Assembly: GCF_006345805.1 (NCBI RefSeq)
Contig: NC_043010.1
Span: 65,720,001-65,784,000, forward strand
DNA length: 64,000 bases
Direction of reading: 5' to 3'
From: Octopus sinensis
Lineage: Eukaryota
A program made the translations under genes and the position numbers. The notes beneath the pieces were generated by a model. That model saw only the letters and a program-made list of their open reading frames with translations, searched no databases and was not told the origin of the DNA. This document shows positions 53,971 through 64,000 of this stretch, one piece after another (within the stretch, counting starts at the first letter, position 1; every line of letters begins with the position of its first letter).

Positions 53971-54295
53971 GCTTATACATACATACATACATACACACGT
54001 ACTCACGTGCACACACACTCGCACAGGTCAAATGAAGGCCTTCCACACAGTTTCCATTTACTCACAAGGTAGCGGTCAAACTGAAGCCAGGGTCGAAGAC
54101 ACTTGCCAAAGTGAGATCAAATCGAAGTCCACGCAATTATGAAGCAAACTCCTTGACCACATACCAACACAGGGGCCGATGGCATCGACTGACCCCTTTC
54201 CCTCCAAATTACTGGCTTCGTGTCTCAATCTGAAACCATTATTATCGTTATTTTATATTATTTTGTCTCCGCGCACATCATCCAATATGGTCGCT

Positions 54296-55036
54296 CTAAA
54301 ACTGTGTGGCGACCGTTGTAGCCGCCATTACTGAGGATATTTTGGAGTCTGCTGGGTTTGTGGAATACATTTGATGCAGCCAGTTCATTATCTGAGTAGT
54401 TTTACCTTCGTCACAGAAATTTAAGACATCGTCGTCACAGCTACCGTCACCGATTTTAGATAATTCGATGTCCAGATTGTCTAAATCTTCTGAAGTGTCG
54501 GAAATGTCACTCAGAGACTTCTGTACGCCAAGTGGTTCTTTGGCATTTTGTAATTTTCGTTTGTTGCCATTGTCGGAATTTTCTTCACCATCATCGCTGT
54601 TAGATTCAGTGAAACGTATGCAAGGACTAGGTGACCTATCCACCTTGAAACTCAAGAACCGCCTGAGTTCCTTACTCCAAGAACCAACGCGATGAGATAT
54701 TTTACGCGTCAAACGGGTGAAACTCCGACCTCGATTCTCCTCTGATCTGTTGTCCCGGACATCACAAAGATTCCCTTCAGATGAAGAAATCTTTCTCTGA
54801 TGCTCAGTTTTACCACCAACTGTTTTCTTCCTCGAATCTTTTCTTTCTTTCGACTGTTTTCTATGTTTCTTTGTCTTTGTCTCTTTTCCTTCTGACCTAT
54901 TCCTCTGATGGCGTACTGAACTCTTGTTCTCTCTCAAAGAAGATGGCGGAGTCTCATAGGCATCGCTGCCATCACTGTCTCCTATCTCAGACTTGGATTC
55001 ATTTTTAACGATTTTTTCTCTTGAGTATTTTTCTTC
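54296..55036 (-). CDS. C-terminal continuation (246 aa open frame) of the same protein in the -1 frame
   Basis: Frame is open from 55036 (after TAA at 55037-55039) to TAG at 54296-54298 and overlaps the end of the 976-aa ORF by 55 nt; composition is continuous (IVKNESKSEIGDSDGSDAYETPPSSLRENK...). Confidence 0.75.
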   Translation of the reverse strand, partial: EEKYSREKIVKNESKSEIGDSDGSDAYETPPSSLRENKSSVRHQRNRSEGKETKTKKHRKQSKERKDSRKKTVGGKTEHQRKISSSEGNLCDVRDNRSEENRGRSFTRLTRKISHRVGSWSKELRRFLSFKVDRSPSPCIRFTESNSDDGEENSDNGNKRKLQNAKEPLGVQKSLSDISDTSEDLDNLDIELSKIGDGSCDDDVLNFCDEGKTTQIMNWLHQMYSTNPADSKISSVMAATTVATQF

Positions 55037-57912
55037 TTATTCTTCTTATTCTTCTCTTTCTCCCTGTTTAACTTCTCTCTTTCCTTCTCTTCTCTTTTTT
55101 CTTTCTCTTCTTTCTTTTTCTTTTCTTCTTCCTCTTTCTTCTTTTTATCCTTCTTTTTCTTCTTCCTCTTTTTCTTCTTCTTTCGGTCTTTCTTGTCGCT
55201 TTTCTCTTTCTCCTTTCCATCTTTACGATCGGCAGTTTTTGACGATACTACTTCCTTTGAATCCTCTACATTAGGGTCTGAAGCTACAGTGAGGCCTCCA
55301 TTTGAGTCACACCGAGGGTTTAGCTCTGATTTTCGAATGGGTTTCGGAAGAAGCTCAGGTGGGATTTGCGGCGGAGTCAGAACAATGGGCAGTGGTTTAA
55401 CAACACCAAGAGGCAAGTTATAGTTACAATTTAATGGGAGAAACTCGGGTAATGTAGTAGTCTCTTCCACTGGGGGAAACATTTCTGTCAAAGGTGGAAC
55501 AAATGATGGTATCGATGGCAAAGGGCGATAAGCGGCAGCTGTGGGTGCTGTGTCTTGCTGAAATGAAGATCTTTGGAAAAGAATTGGGTTTTCTGTCGGA
55601 TCAAACTGTTCCTGTTGGTTCTGAACGAATTGATGAAAGGATTCTGATTCGTCAGGGGCCTGTTTCGATGATTGATAAACAGGGGTCACTGGAGATAAAT
55701 ATGGATAAGACTGGTTGTAATTTGTTGGCTGCTTTTGTTGCTCTGCAACAGAAACTGAGTTTGCTAAAACCTCAGAAAGGGGTTTTTGTTGGCGTCCTCT
55801 AAATTCAGATGAGACATCTGAACTCTTTAAGGAACTACTGTGGTCGGATTTAACAGACAAATACTTGTTGCTTCGTCGTTGCCTTGCAGAACGACGCAGG
55901 GCAGCTGCGACAGCTTCTTCTGCCAATGGTCTTGCCAATGACGGCCGCCCATTTTGTTCTCCTCCCACTGCAGGTATCATTTTATCCGTTGGATCGAGAT
56001 TCTTATCTTCAGTTGAGATGACTGGTCTCGAAAATGGACAATAAGGGAGCTCTTCTGGTGTTGCTTCAACGTCGCCGCTTTCAGTTGGTGAGATACCAGG
56101 TACAAAAGTAGTCGAAGTAATATTTCTGTTACAATCTTCAACACCACGGAGTCCACCCCCTCTTCCACCGTCACCAAACCCGTTGTTATTGATAGTCACA
56201 CTATTATTAGAACTAATCATATTGCTACCGTTGCTGTTACAGTTTTCCATTGATAATGTTCGTTGATCCTCCTCAGTTTTAAAATCATCTGCTTCAGGCA
56301 TAAAATGTGAATTTGGCAATGGGTTAAACAATGACTTTCTCCGCATAGAGTTCCGTAAAACTTTAGGATTATACGTTTCTTCGTGTCTATTAGAAATAGT
56401 TGCATCGTTGGGTAATCCTGTCGTATCAGTCAAATGGACCTGTTGTCCGTGGCTCCTGTGCTTCATACTGCTTCGGTTATGACTGTTTCGTTCTGTGTTT
56501 CGCCTCGAACCATACTCCCTTGTTGAAAAGGATCTTTGAAATGGAGTATTAGTTTGATTTCCAGCATTAGTCTGTAGCAGTGGGTCAGCGGTCTCTTCAT
56601 TTTCTATATCGCCCATGTAATGAGGTTTTTGAGAATAACTTGTGTTATTATCGATGTTGTTATAATCGCTTCTGTTGTGAAAATGACGGCTTGAGGAGCG
56701 TTTCTTGCAAGAACGAACAGGAATTTGTGGCAGATCGTCATAATAATCGAAATCGCGATTGTTGGGGTTGTATATTTGCTGCAGATGAACATGGTTTGAT
56801 GTAGTCGGATTGGGAAGGTTATGGATGCTTGAGCGTGGATCGGCGACAGGGCGTTGCATTCGTTGAGATGTCCTGTTGCCAAAATTACTGCGTTGGGAAC
56901 ATCTAGCAGAGCTGCGTACGAACGAATTGATGTTATGTATGCTCTTACGACGGAGGGCATTGAACTGGACAATATCTTCATTTGTATCAGCAGCCATTTT
57001 TGTATAACTACGTGTGAACGGACATTTTTCCTGCTGAGATGATTTAGCTGCAGAAATTAGATCTTGTTGAGTACGAACGTGATCTTTGGTATTTGAAGGA
57101 ACATTATTTCTGTGGCTGTTATCAGCATCGTTAAAAACTTTGAAGCTACTGCGCAGAGTTCTGGAACTTTTAGGGAAATCCTGTTGACTTTTGGAGTGAG
57201 ACTTCACTGTTCCATTCGATGAAGTTTTAACATTTCTTTTGAAAACTGGCGTGGCTGGTCTTTTCCTGCAATACGCTTCCTCATCACTGCGGAAAATAGA
57301 TTCCAGTTCGCTTTCTTCTTCTTCTTCGTCAGACGTGGTATCATTACTCCTCCGTGTATACTGCTTGTTTCTTTTATTCGCTCGCGAGTTTTCGTGGAAT
57401 TGAACCTTCTTTCCCTGTTTGATGCTTTTCCGCAACTGTTGATCCCTCATCCAGTAGACCCTCACCCCCGGAGGAACGGCACCAACATCATCTTCAATTC
57501 GACTTCTTTTGTCTAAATAATCACTATTGATTAAATTCTCTGCAGAAGATGAGGACTTCAAGATACTCCGCAGTGAAGAGGATGGCAGGATGGGAAGAGA
57601 CGCTATACTACCGTGTATTCCGTTCCTCTTCCTTTGACTCCGCCTGCAACGTTGCTGCTGCTGCTGCTGCTGTTGATGCTGTTGTTGTTGATTGTGATAG
57701 CGCAGCCGCTCTTCCTCCTCCTCTTCGTCATCAAATCCGTATCCGGATCTCCAAGTATCATATTGTTCTCTTCTGGTCAATCTGTCACAATAACTTCTGT
57801 CCACCGATTCACGGTTGTAATGTCTACTCCGTCTGCCAGTAGTATTTCGCGTTGTTGTTCCACTCCTTTTCTGCTGTTTCCAGCATTGCTCATCGCCCCA
57901 AACATACGACAT
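54982..57912 (-). CDS. 976-aa N-terminal part of a large, low-complexity/disordered protein with PP1-docking motifs; no folded domain recognised
   Basis: 2.9-kb uninterrupted ORF in otherwise stop-rich DNA; aaaaccATG start context; polyE, polyQ, Pro-rich and Lys/Glu-rich tracts. Confidence 0.85.
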   Translation of the reverse strand: MSYVWGDEQCWKQQKRSGTTTRNTTGRRSRHYNRESVDRSYCDRLTRREQYDTWRSGYGFDDEEEEEERLRYHNQQQQHQQQQQQQQRCRRSQRKRNGIHGSIASLPILPSSSLRSILKSSSSAENLINSDYLDKRSRIEDDVGAVPPGVRVYWMRDQQLRKSIKQGKKVQFHENSRANKRNKQYTRRSNDTTSDEEEEESELESIFRSDEEAYCRKRPATPVFKRNVKTSSNGTVKSHSKSQQDFPKSSRTLRSSFKVFNDADNSHRNNVPSNTKDHVRTQQDLISAAKSSQQEKCPFTRSYTKMAADTNEDIVQFNALRRKSIHNINSFVRSSARCSQRSNFGNRTSQRMQRPVADPRSSIHNLPNPTTSNHVHLQQIYNPNNRDFDYYDDLPQIPVRSCKKRSSSRHFHNRSDYNNIDNNTSYSQKPHYMGDIENEETADPLLQTNAGNQTNTPFQRSFSTREYGSRRNTERNSHNRSSMKHRSHGQQVHLTDTTGLPNDATISNRHEETYNPKVLRNSMRRKSLFNPLPNSHFMPEADDFKTEEDQRTLSMENCNSNGSNMISSNNSVTINNNGFGDGGRGGGLRGVEDCNRNITSTTFVPGISPTESGDVEATPEELPYCPFSRPVISTEDKNLDPTDKMIPAVGGEQNGRPSLARPLAEEAVAAALRRSARQRRSNKYLSVKSDHSSSLKSSDVSSEFRGRQQKPLSEVLANSVSVAEQQKQPTNYNQSYPYLSPVTPVYQSSKQAPDESESFHQFVQNQQEQFDPTENPILFQRSSFQQDTAPTAAAYRPLPSIPSFVPPLTEMFPPVEETTTLPEFLPLNCNYNLPLGVVKPLPIVLTPPQIPPELLPKPIRKSELNPRCDSNGGLTVASDPNVEDSKEVVSSKTADRKDGKEKEKSDKKDRKKKKKRKKKKKDKKKKEEEEKKKKEEKEKREEKEREKLNREKEKNKKNKKKNTQEKKSLKMNPSLR

Positions 57913-58280
57913 GGTTTTCTTTTCTACTTGTACCCGCTATTGCAAACAAAACAACGGCTTTGACTAACGAGGGTCATTATGCTTCTTTTTGATGTTTTAA
58001 GCTGTAGTTTCTTTAGCTTTTCCAGGTTTGTTACAATCTTTCCCACTATCGCATGGACTTTGATTCAATGTTGTCTAAGTTTTAATGTTAGTCAAATTGA
58101 CTAAACTCTTATCTGTGTTCCTTGTTTTGATTTTAACCAAGCAAATTTTCCTCGTTTAGACTTTTAGCTAATATTTGCGTTTTGGTCCAGAGAGTAGCGC
58201 AAATGACTTCGTGGTACAATAACGGATAAAGGCTTAAGTTTTCGTGAAATGGCGTTCTCTGCTGCGTACGTGAAATTCGC
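57913..58280 (-). other. Probable 5' UTR portion of the large exon; strong splice acceptor at 58281/58280, alternative in-frame acceptor at 57937/57936
   Basis: Minus strand cttcttttctttctatcttttcag|GCGAAT; also gttttgtttgcaatag|CGGGTACAA, which is in frame with the ATG. Confidence 0.45.
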
Positions 58281-58358
58281 CTGAAAAGATAGAAAGAAAA
58301 GAAGATATAAATGACAACACAATACTTCAAAGTATTAAATTAATTATTTTAAAATGTA

Positions 58359-58745
58359 ACTAGCAGTATCACGGCGTTGCTCGGGTTTGTAAGGGAAATA
58401 AATATAAGCATTTTTAGAGATGTAAAGTATAATAGCCATCTCAATATGGCTAACCACAAAGGGGGGGGGGTTACTGTAGCTTTTTACGTTCTGAGATTAA
58501 TAATACATTTTTAGAGAGTTACTTCCCTATATATAGCAAAAAAAATGCTTTATAATGGGAAAAAATTATGGTAATTTTTTTTAAATAATAGACTCATCGT
58601 AGACGCGCGCTAATACCCAGAAGGCTCGATATGAATCACGACTATAAGATACCCGCTTTTGGTAAACTGCACCGCAAAATGTGGGAGTAGTTAGGAATCT
58701 AAATCGTAGGGACAGACACACAACTTCACTTTTATATATAAAGAT
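58359..58745 (+). mobile_element. Non-autonomous Helitron-like copy 2
   Basis: actagcagtatcacggcgttgctcgggtttgtaagggaaata...tttatatataaagat. Confidence 0.65.
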
Positions 58746-58903
58746 TTGAATATTTGATACAATAAGTAAACTTATCAAAATATATTTATGTCAGCTTTGG
58801 AAAATATTGTGTTTAACTGATTCAATGATTTACATGCATTGAAAGATGTTACGTACATTCTTGTTTTGCCCAGGCTTACGTTGGAAAATGCGGGTATTAT
58901 ATT

Positions 58904-58940
<37 letters not shown>

Positions 58941-59104
58941 TTATCTATATATCTATCCATCTATCTATTTAACTCTGTCTGTCTAGTTGTCTTCTACCTC
59001 ATATTAATATTTCCTCACATGATTATACACACACACATATATGCACACACACACACACACATGCACACACTTATACATACATACATACACCAACGCCAGC
59101 CTGA

Positions 59105-59530
59105 TAAATGGTAGGTCAGGAAAGATTGTGGAGATTCTGGAACATACCAACAGATGTGTGCTGTTTGCAAGAGCTATGATGGAAAGAAACCTCAGCCAGA
59201 TTCTTTAAGAGTAAGAAGCAAAAGCAGAAATTCTTCTGAGTAGATAAAAACTATGGAATAGACGAATTGTCAACAGAGAAAAGGACAGATAAGGTAATTG
59301 GGGTTGTCAGAGTCGGTCATAGAATAATTATGCTGAAGCTAGTTTGGGATAACAGACAGCAAGATTTATCTTCAACATATGCAACACAACAAGATACTAG
59401 ACAAACAGGAAATCCATCATTGTGAGACTCCTACAGACAGGCTTTTTAACAAATGACAGTGACCTTACTATTGCGGTTAGTAGACATGTTGGACAACACC
59501 ATGAGGGCTTCTCCTATTTCTGTGGAGGCA
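59105..59530 (+). mobile_element. Degenerate RTE LINE endonuclease region
   Basis: GRSGKIVEIL and, in other frames, DKVIGVVRVGHRIIMLKLV and SDLTIAVSRHVGQHHEGFS, matching the APE domain of RTE elements. Confidence 0.55.
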
Positions 59531-60106
59531 ACATCCTTTTCACCCGGCATGCTAACGTTTCTACCAGCTCACCGTCTTTGAATATTTAATAATGACTGAT
59601 GACAGTGAAGCTCTGACGGAATATTTTGACAATGTTCAAGAGATTATGGGTGTCTCTGGTTTAATGTATTCTATGTTTTATACAAAGTGAATTATTGTAT
59701 GGTGACATGTTTGGGAACATTGTATCATTACCTTGTAAGCTCTGAGATTTTCTGTCCCACGTTTGCAGCACTCATAACCATTCACTGGCCATATATGTGC
59801 CTCTGCTTCAACAACATACCAAATCATTAATTTGGTGGATGGAAACTGTGTGGAAGCCAATCATGTATGTGTGTGTGTGTGTTTGCATCATTGTGTTTGT
59901 TTGTATGTGTGTATTTGTGTATGTGCTTCACAATCTAGGATGGTTTGTTTTTGTCCCACCCCACTAACATAGCAGTTCATCAAATGAGACTGATACAGTA
60001 GGCACCAGACATAAATATATGACTGTATGTATGTATGTATGTATGATGATTTGCTGTGCTTGAGAAGACTCGCCAAGCCAAGGGATATCATAGTTATGTG
60101 ATCAGG

Positions 60107-60180
60107 AACCATGTGATCAGAAACCATGTGATCAGAAACCATGTGATCAGAAACCATGTGATCAGAAACCATGTGATCGG
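60107..60180. repeat. 14-bp tandem aaccatgtgatcag (about 5 copies) within a family C head
   Basis: Direct reading. Confidence 0.9.
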
Positions 60181-60938
60181 GAAGCAAGCTTCTTACCACA
60201 CAGCATTGCCTGCAATGACAACAGCCTTCTTACTTGATAAGCATAGCCAATTGCTGACCGGTGAAAGTCAGCAACTGGCCAGCCAAGGGTTTTAAGTCAA
60301 ATACCGTTTGCACACCACCATAATGACTTCCACCAATAAATACCAAGAAACTCAGAGACAAGCAAAATACAAGAAATCCAGCTCAGTAGAACATCAGGTT
60401 TTATATATGATATAGCCTTCTCCTAGAGGGATGCCTTCACATGGACCAGGCCTATTGCGCCCTCAGGCGTCAATGCAAGTTATTTCTATGTCCCATCTCT
60501 CATATGCTAGTCAACCACAGCTAGGATCCTAACATAAATGAATATATATATATATATATCTATATAATATTATATATATAATATTATACACACATACATA
60601 CATATATACATATATATACAATAATGTATAATATATATATATATATATATTACACACACACACATTATATATGTCTATGTATATATATATATATATACAC
60701 ATTATATATACATATATAATATACACTACTATATAGAAGAAGAAGAGAAGAGAAGAAGAAGAAAGAAGAAGAAGAAGAAGAAGAAGAAGAAGAAGAAGAA
60801 GAAGAAGAAATAAAAGAAGAAGAAGAAAGAAGGAATAGAGAGGTGATTTAAAATTATTATTTATTAATGTTGTCAATTTTTAATTGATAAATTATAATTT
60901 ATCAATTACCACCCTGTTATCTTATTACTATAATAGAT

Positions 60939-60982
<44 letters not shown>

Positions 60983-61005
60983 CATATAACATACATATAT
61001 GTATA

Positions 61006-61044
<39 letters not shown>

Positions 61045-61914
61045 CCCATTTATATAGTTGAAATTACAGAAAAGCAAAAGATGAAGACAAGTGTATGAAC
61101 AACAAGCAGGTGTATTAGGTTGGCGCTTGGGAAAGTGAGAGAGTCTTCTATGTTTTGAGCCTTTGCTCTTCAACAGAAAGGAATAATAGAAAATAAACAG
61201 ACAAAATGAAAAAAACTTATGGATTTAGCAATCAAGCATAGAACTGGTTGAGAAAGAAAAAGGTTTGACAGGAGAGGTAGAAAGAAGAGGAGATAATAAA
61301 GTATTGGTGATCCCAAAACGAAGGTGCATGTACATGTCTTTGTGTGTGAGAATATGTGTGTGTGTATGTATTCGTGTATACATGTGTTTGTGTGGGCATG
61401 TATATGTATTCATCCATATGTGTGTATACATATTGAAACAGTGAATGTACATCTGTTTTTAGTGTATTTTTGCATGTGCATATATGTATGTATGTATGTA
61501 TTATGTGTACAAAGATCAATAAAAATTGATAAGTAAATAACAGCCGTTACTCTCTGATTAATTATTCCCTCACCATTCACATGTGCCGAGTGCAACGTCA
61601 GTTTAACAACCAATAATCTCCATCGACCGGCGGAGACACGTGAATGCCATGCACATGTTTGACACCACTATATTTAATTTCATGCCTCACTGAACCATAG
61701 TTAATTATCTGTGTTGAATATAAACTAAATTGATAGACTAATTAGAAATATCCTGATCTCTTTTCTAAAAGATTTTGTCTCTACATCAGTGGTTTTCAAC
61801 TGTTTTATTATCCAGGCCACATCTAAAACCTGGATAATTTTTAGTGGGGCAAACTAAAAAAGTAAAACACTTGTCAATTAAAGAAAAATTCATTATGTTT
61901 ATAGAGGGAAGACT

Positions 61915-62150
61915 GCTAAGGGCTGCCAGAAGAATGCTTAAGGGCTGCCAGAAGGATGTCTGAGAGCCACCAGAAGGATGCTTGAGGGTCACTGGAAGGA
62001 TACTTGAGGGCCAATGAAAGGATGCTTGAGGGCTGCTGGAAGGATATTTGAGGGTTACTCGAAGGATGCTTGAGGGCAACTGGAAGGATATGAGGGTCAC
62101 TCGAAGGATGCTTGAGGGCTACTGGAAGGATGCTTGAGGGCCACTAGAAG
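61915..62150. repeat. 22-bp minisatellite gaaggatgcttgagggc(c/t)actg (about 11 copies)
   Basis: Direct reading; preceded at 61787 by cagtggttttcaac, a hAT-like terminus. Confidence 0.88.
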
Positions 62151-63476
62151 GTGGTGGCGGTGGCAGTTGTGGTCGGGGTTGTGGTGGTGGTCGTCGGCAG
62201 TGGCAGAAGTGGCAGTGGTGTCGGCGGCGTGGTGGCAGTGGCAGTGGTTGTGGTTTTGGTGGTGCTCATCGTTGTCGTCTTCATGGCAGCAGCGGCGGTT
62301 GTGGTTGTGGTGGTGGTAGTGGTGGTAGTGGTGGTGGTTGTGGTGGTTGTGAAAATAAGGCGGCGAGCTAGCAGAAACGTTAGCACGCTGGGCGAAATGC
62401 GTAGCTGTATTTCATCTGCCGTTACGTTCTGAGTTCAAATTCCGCCGAGGTCGACTTTGCCTTTCATCCTTTCAGGGTCGATAAATAAAGTACCAGATAC
62501 GCACTGGGGTCGATATAATCGACTTAATCCGTTTGCCTGTGTTTAGCCCCTTGTGGATAGTAAAGAAATAGGTTGTAGTGGTTGTGGTGGTGGTGGTGAT
62601 GGTGATAATGGTCATGATCATGACAACGATGATGATAATGACATCAACAACATTGACGATGATGGCAATAATGATGATGATGATGATGATGATGGTGGTG
62701 TACGTGGCATTGGCGGTAGTAGTAGTGGTGAAGTAGGAAGAGGAAGAAATCAAAAGTAGGAAGCAAAGTAATTAAATCAGGTGATTATGTGGAAGAGGAT
62801 AATCCAACAACCACCTGAGGTACCGATGAACGTTGGAGGTGTATTTAACAGAGGTCACGGCCTGGGTTGACAGCGCCACAACCCACCTGTATCTCTAGCA
62901 ACATCACCACCATCATCATCATCATCATCATCAACAACAACAACAACAACGTCGTCATCATCATTATCATCATCATCAACGTCATCATCATCATCAACAA
63001 CATCGACGTCTTCATCATCATCATCATCATCATCAACGTCTTCATCATCATCATCATCATCATCGTCATCATCATCAACATCGTCATCATCATCATAATC
63101 GTCATCAACGTCGTCGTCGTCGTCATCATCATCATCATCAACATCATCAACGTCGTCATCATTATCATTATCATCATCATCATGACAGTCATTATCATCT
63201 TCCTTATCACCGTCATCGTTACTTCCATCACTGATGCTACTTTCACTATCATGATGACAACCACCACCACCACCATCACCATCACCACCCCATTACCATC
63301 GTCATCACTATCAACAACAGCATCATGAACATGATGTTTGGAAAAAAATGTGTTTTTTTCAAGGCAGACCATTTAGGTATAACATTTATTAAGATGTGTC
63401 ATTTGGCCAATAAAGAATTGTTACTATTATAACACCGTCCTCCTACAATTGCTGGCCTTGTGCTCAAATTCAAAAC

Positions 63477-63510
63477 ATTATTATCATTATTATTATTATT
63501 ATTATTATTA

Positions 63511-63566
<56 letters not shown>

Positions 63567-64000
63567 GAGTGAGAGAGCGGTGCATGCCATCAAATTGAAA
63601 CTGGAGTACAAAGTCCAGAATACCTGCCATGACCACCTGTCTGAGAACGGTACATCAGGCACATGCATCCCCATCATGTGTGCGCAACATGGTGATCTCA
63701 TATCAAGTTAAACAGCACATGACCTTGCAGGTGGAGCCCAGTTAGACTTTTCTTCGGGTCGAGTAGCCCATCCCGCTCAAAATGTCCCTGAATAAGGATT
63801 GTTTAAAGATGTTGAACGAACCACCCAAGTCTCCAAAGGTGAATTATCCAAACCACTTAGAATTCCTTTGAACACATGGCTACGATGCTCCCCCACTACT
63901 TCTGCTCAGGATCAGAGATGCACATATCATCAGCCACTAAGGGACATGCTCAACTGGTTAAGGTCAAACAACTGACAAGCAAGTCTGTGGTATTGAGCAG
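63477..64000 (-). mobile_element. Interspersed repeat ending in a long (TAA)n tail (63477-63566); family not identified, runs off the window
   Basis: Abrupt switch from pure TTA to a balanced-composition sequence. Confidence 0.4.

Noticed and set aside
54993-57963. Plus-strand ORFs of 75-116 aa overlapping the large minus-strand CDS
   Set aside because: Antisense shadows of a long coding region, with no independent signal.

Overview
AT-rich, microsatellite- and SINE-dense animal DNA whose repeat families look cephalopod (Octopus-like; recognised by eye, not by database search). Two convergent protein-coding genes are supported. (1) On the + strand, 11 hand-assembled GT-AG exons (1671-40453, 969 nt, 322 aa plus stop) encode the C-terminal part of a BLNK/SLP-76-family tyrosine-kinase adaptor. 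It has acidic pTyr motifs, proline-rich segments and a C-terminal SH2 domain. The 5' end lies upstream of the window, and most exons are invisible to the ORF track. (2) On the - strand, one ~3.6 kb coding block (57912-54296) encodes a disordered protein of about 1205 aa. It is split by a single -1 frameshift and carries SILK plus two RVxF PP1-docking motifs. The rest is transposon debris: several tRNA-derived SINE families, fragments of RTE, CR1, Tx1 and Dong/R4 LINEs, mariner, pogo and piggyBac-type elements, non-autonomous Helitrons and Penelope-like inverted termini, plus simple repeats. The most unusual signals are a pair of minimal hammerhead-ribozyme folds in inverted orientation (16997-17088), a satellite with a 283-bp higher-order repeat derived from the YSPDLAP motif of a mariner transposase (12538-13830), and two in-register 48-nt ENYExF microexons. 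There are no true tRNA or rRNA genes and no CRISPR arrays. Nearly all short ORFs in the track are microsatellite or repeat artefacts.
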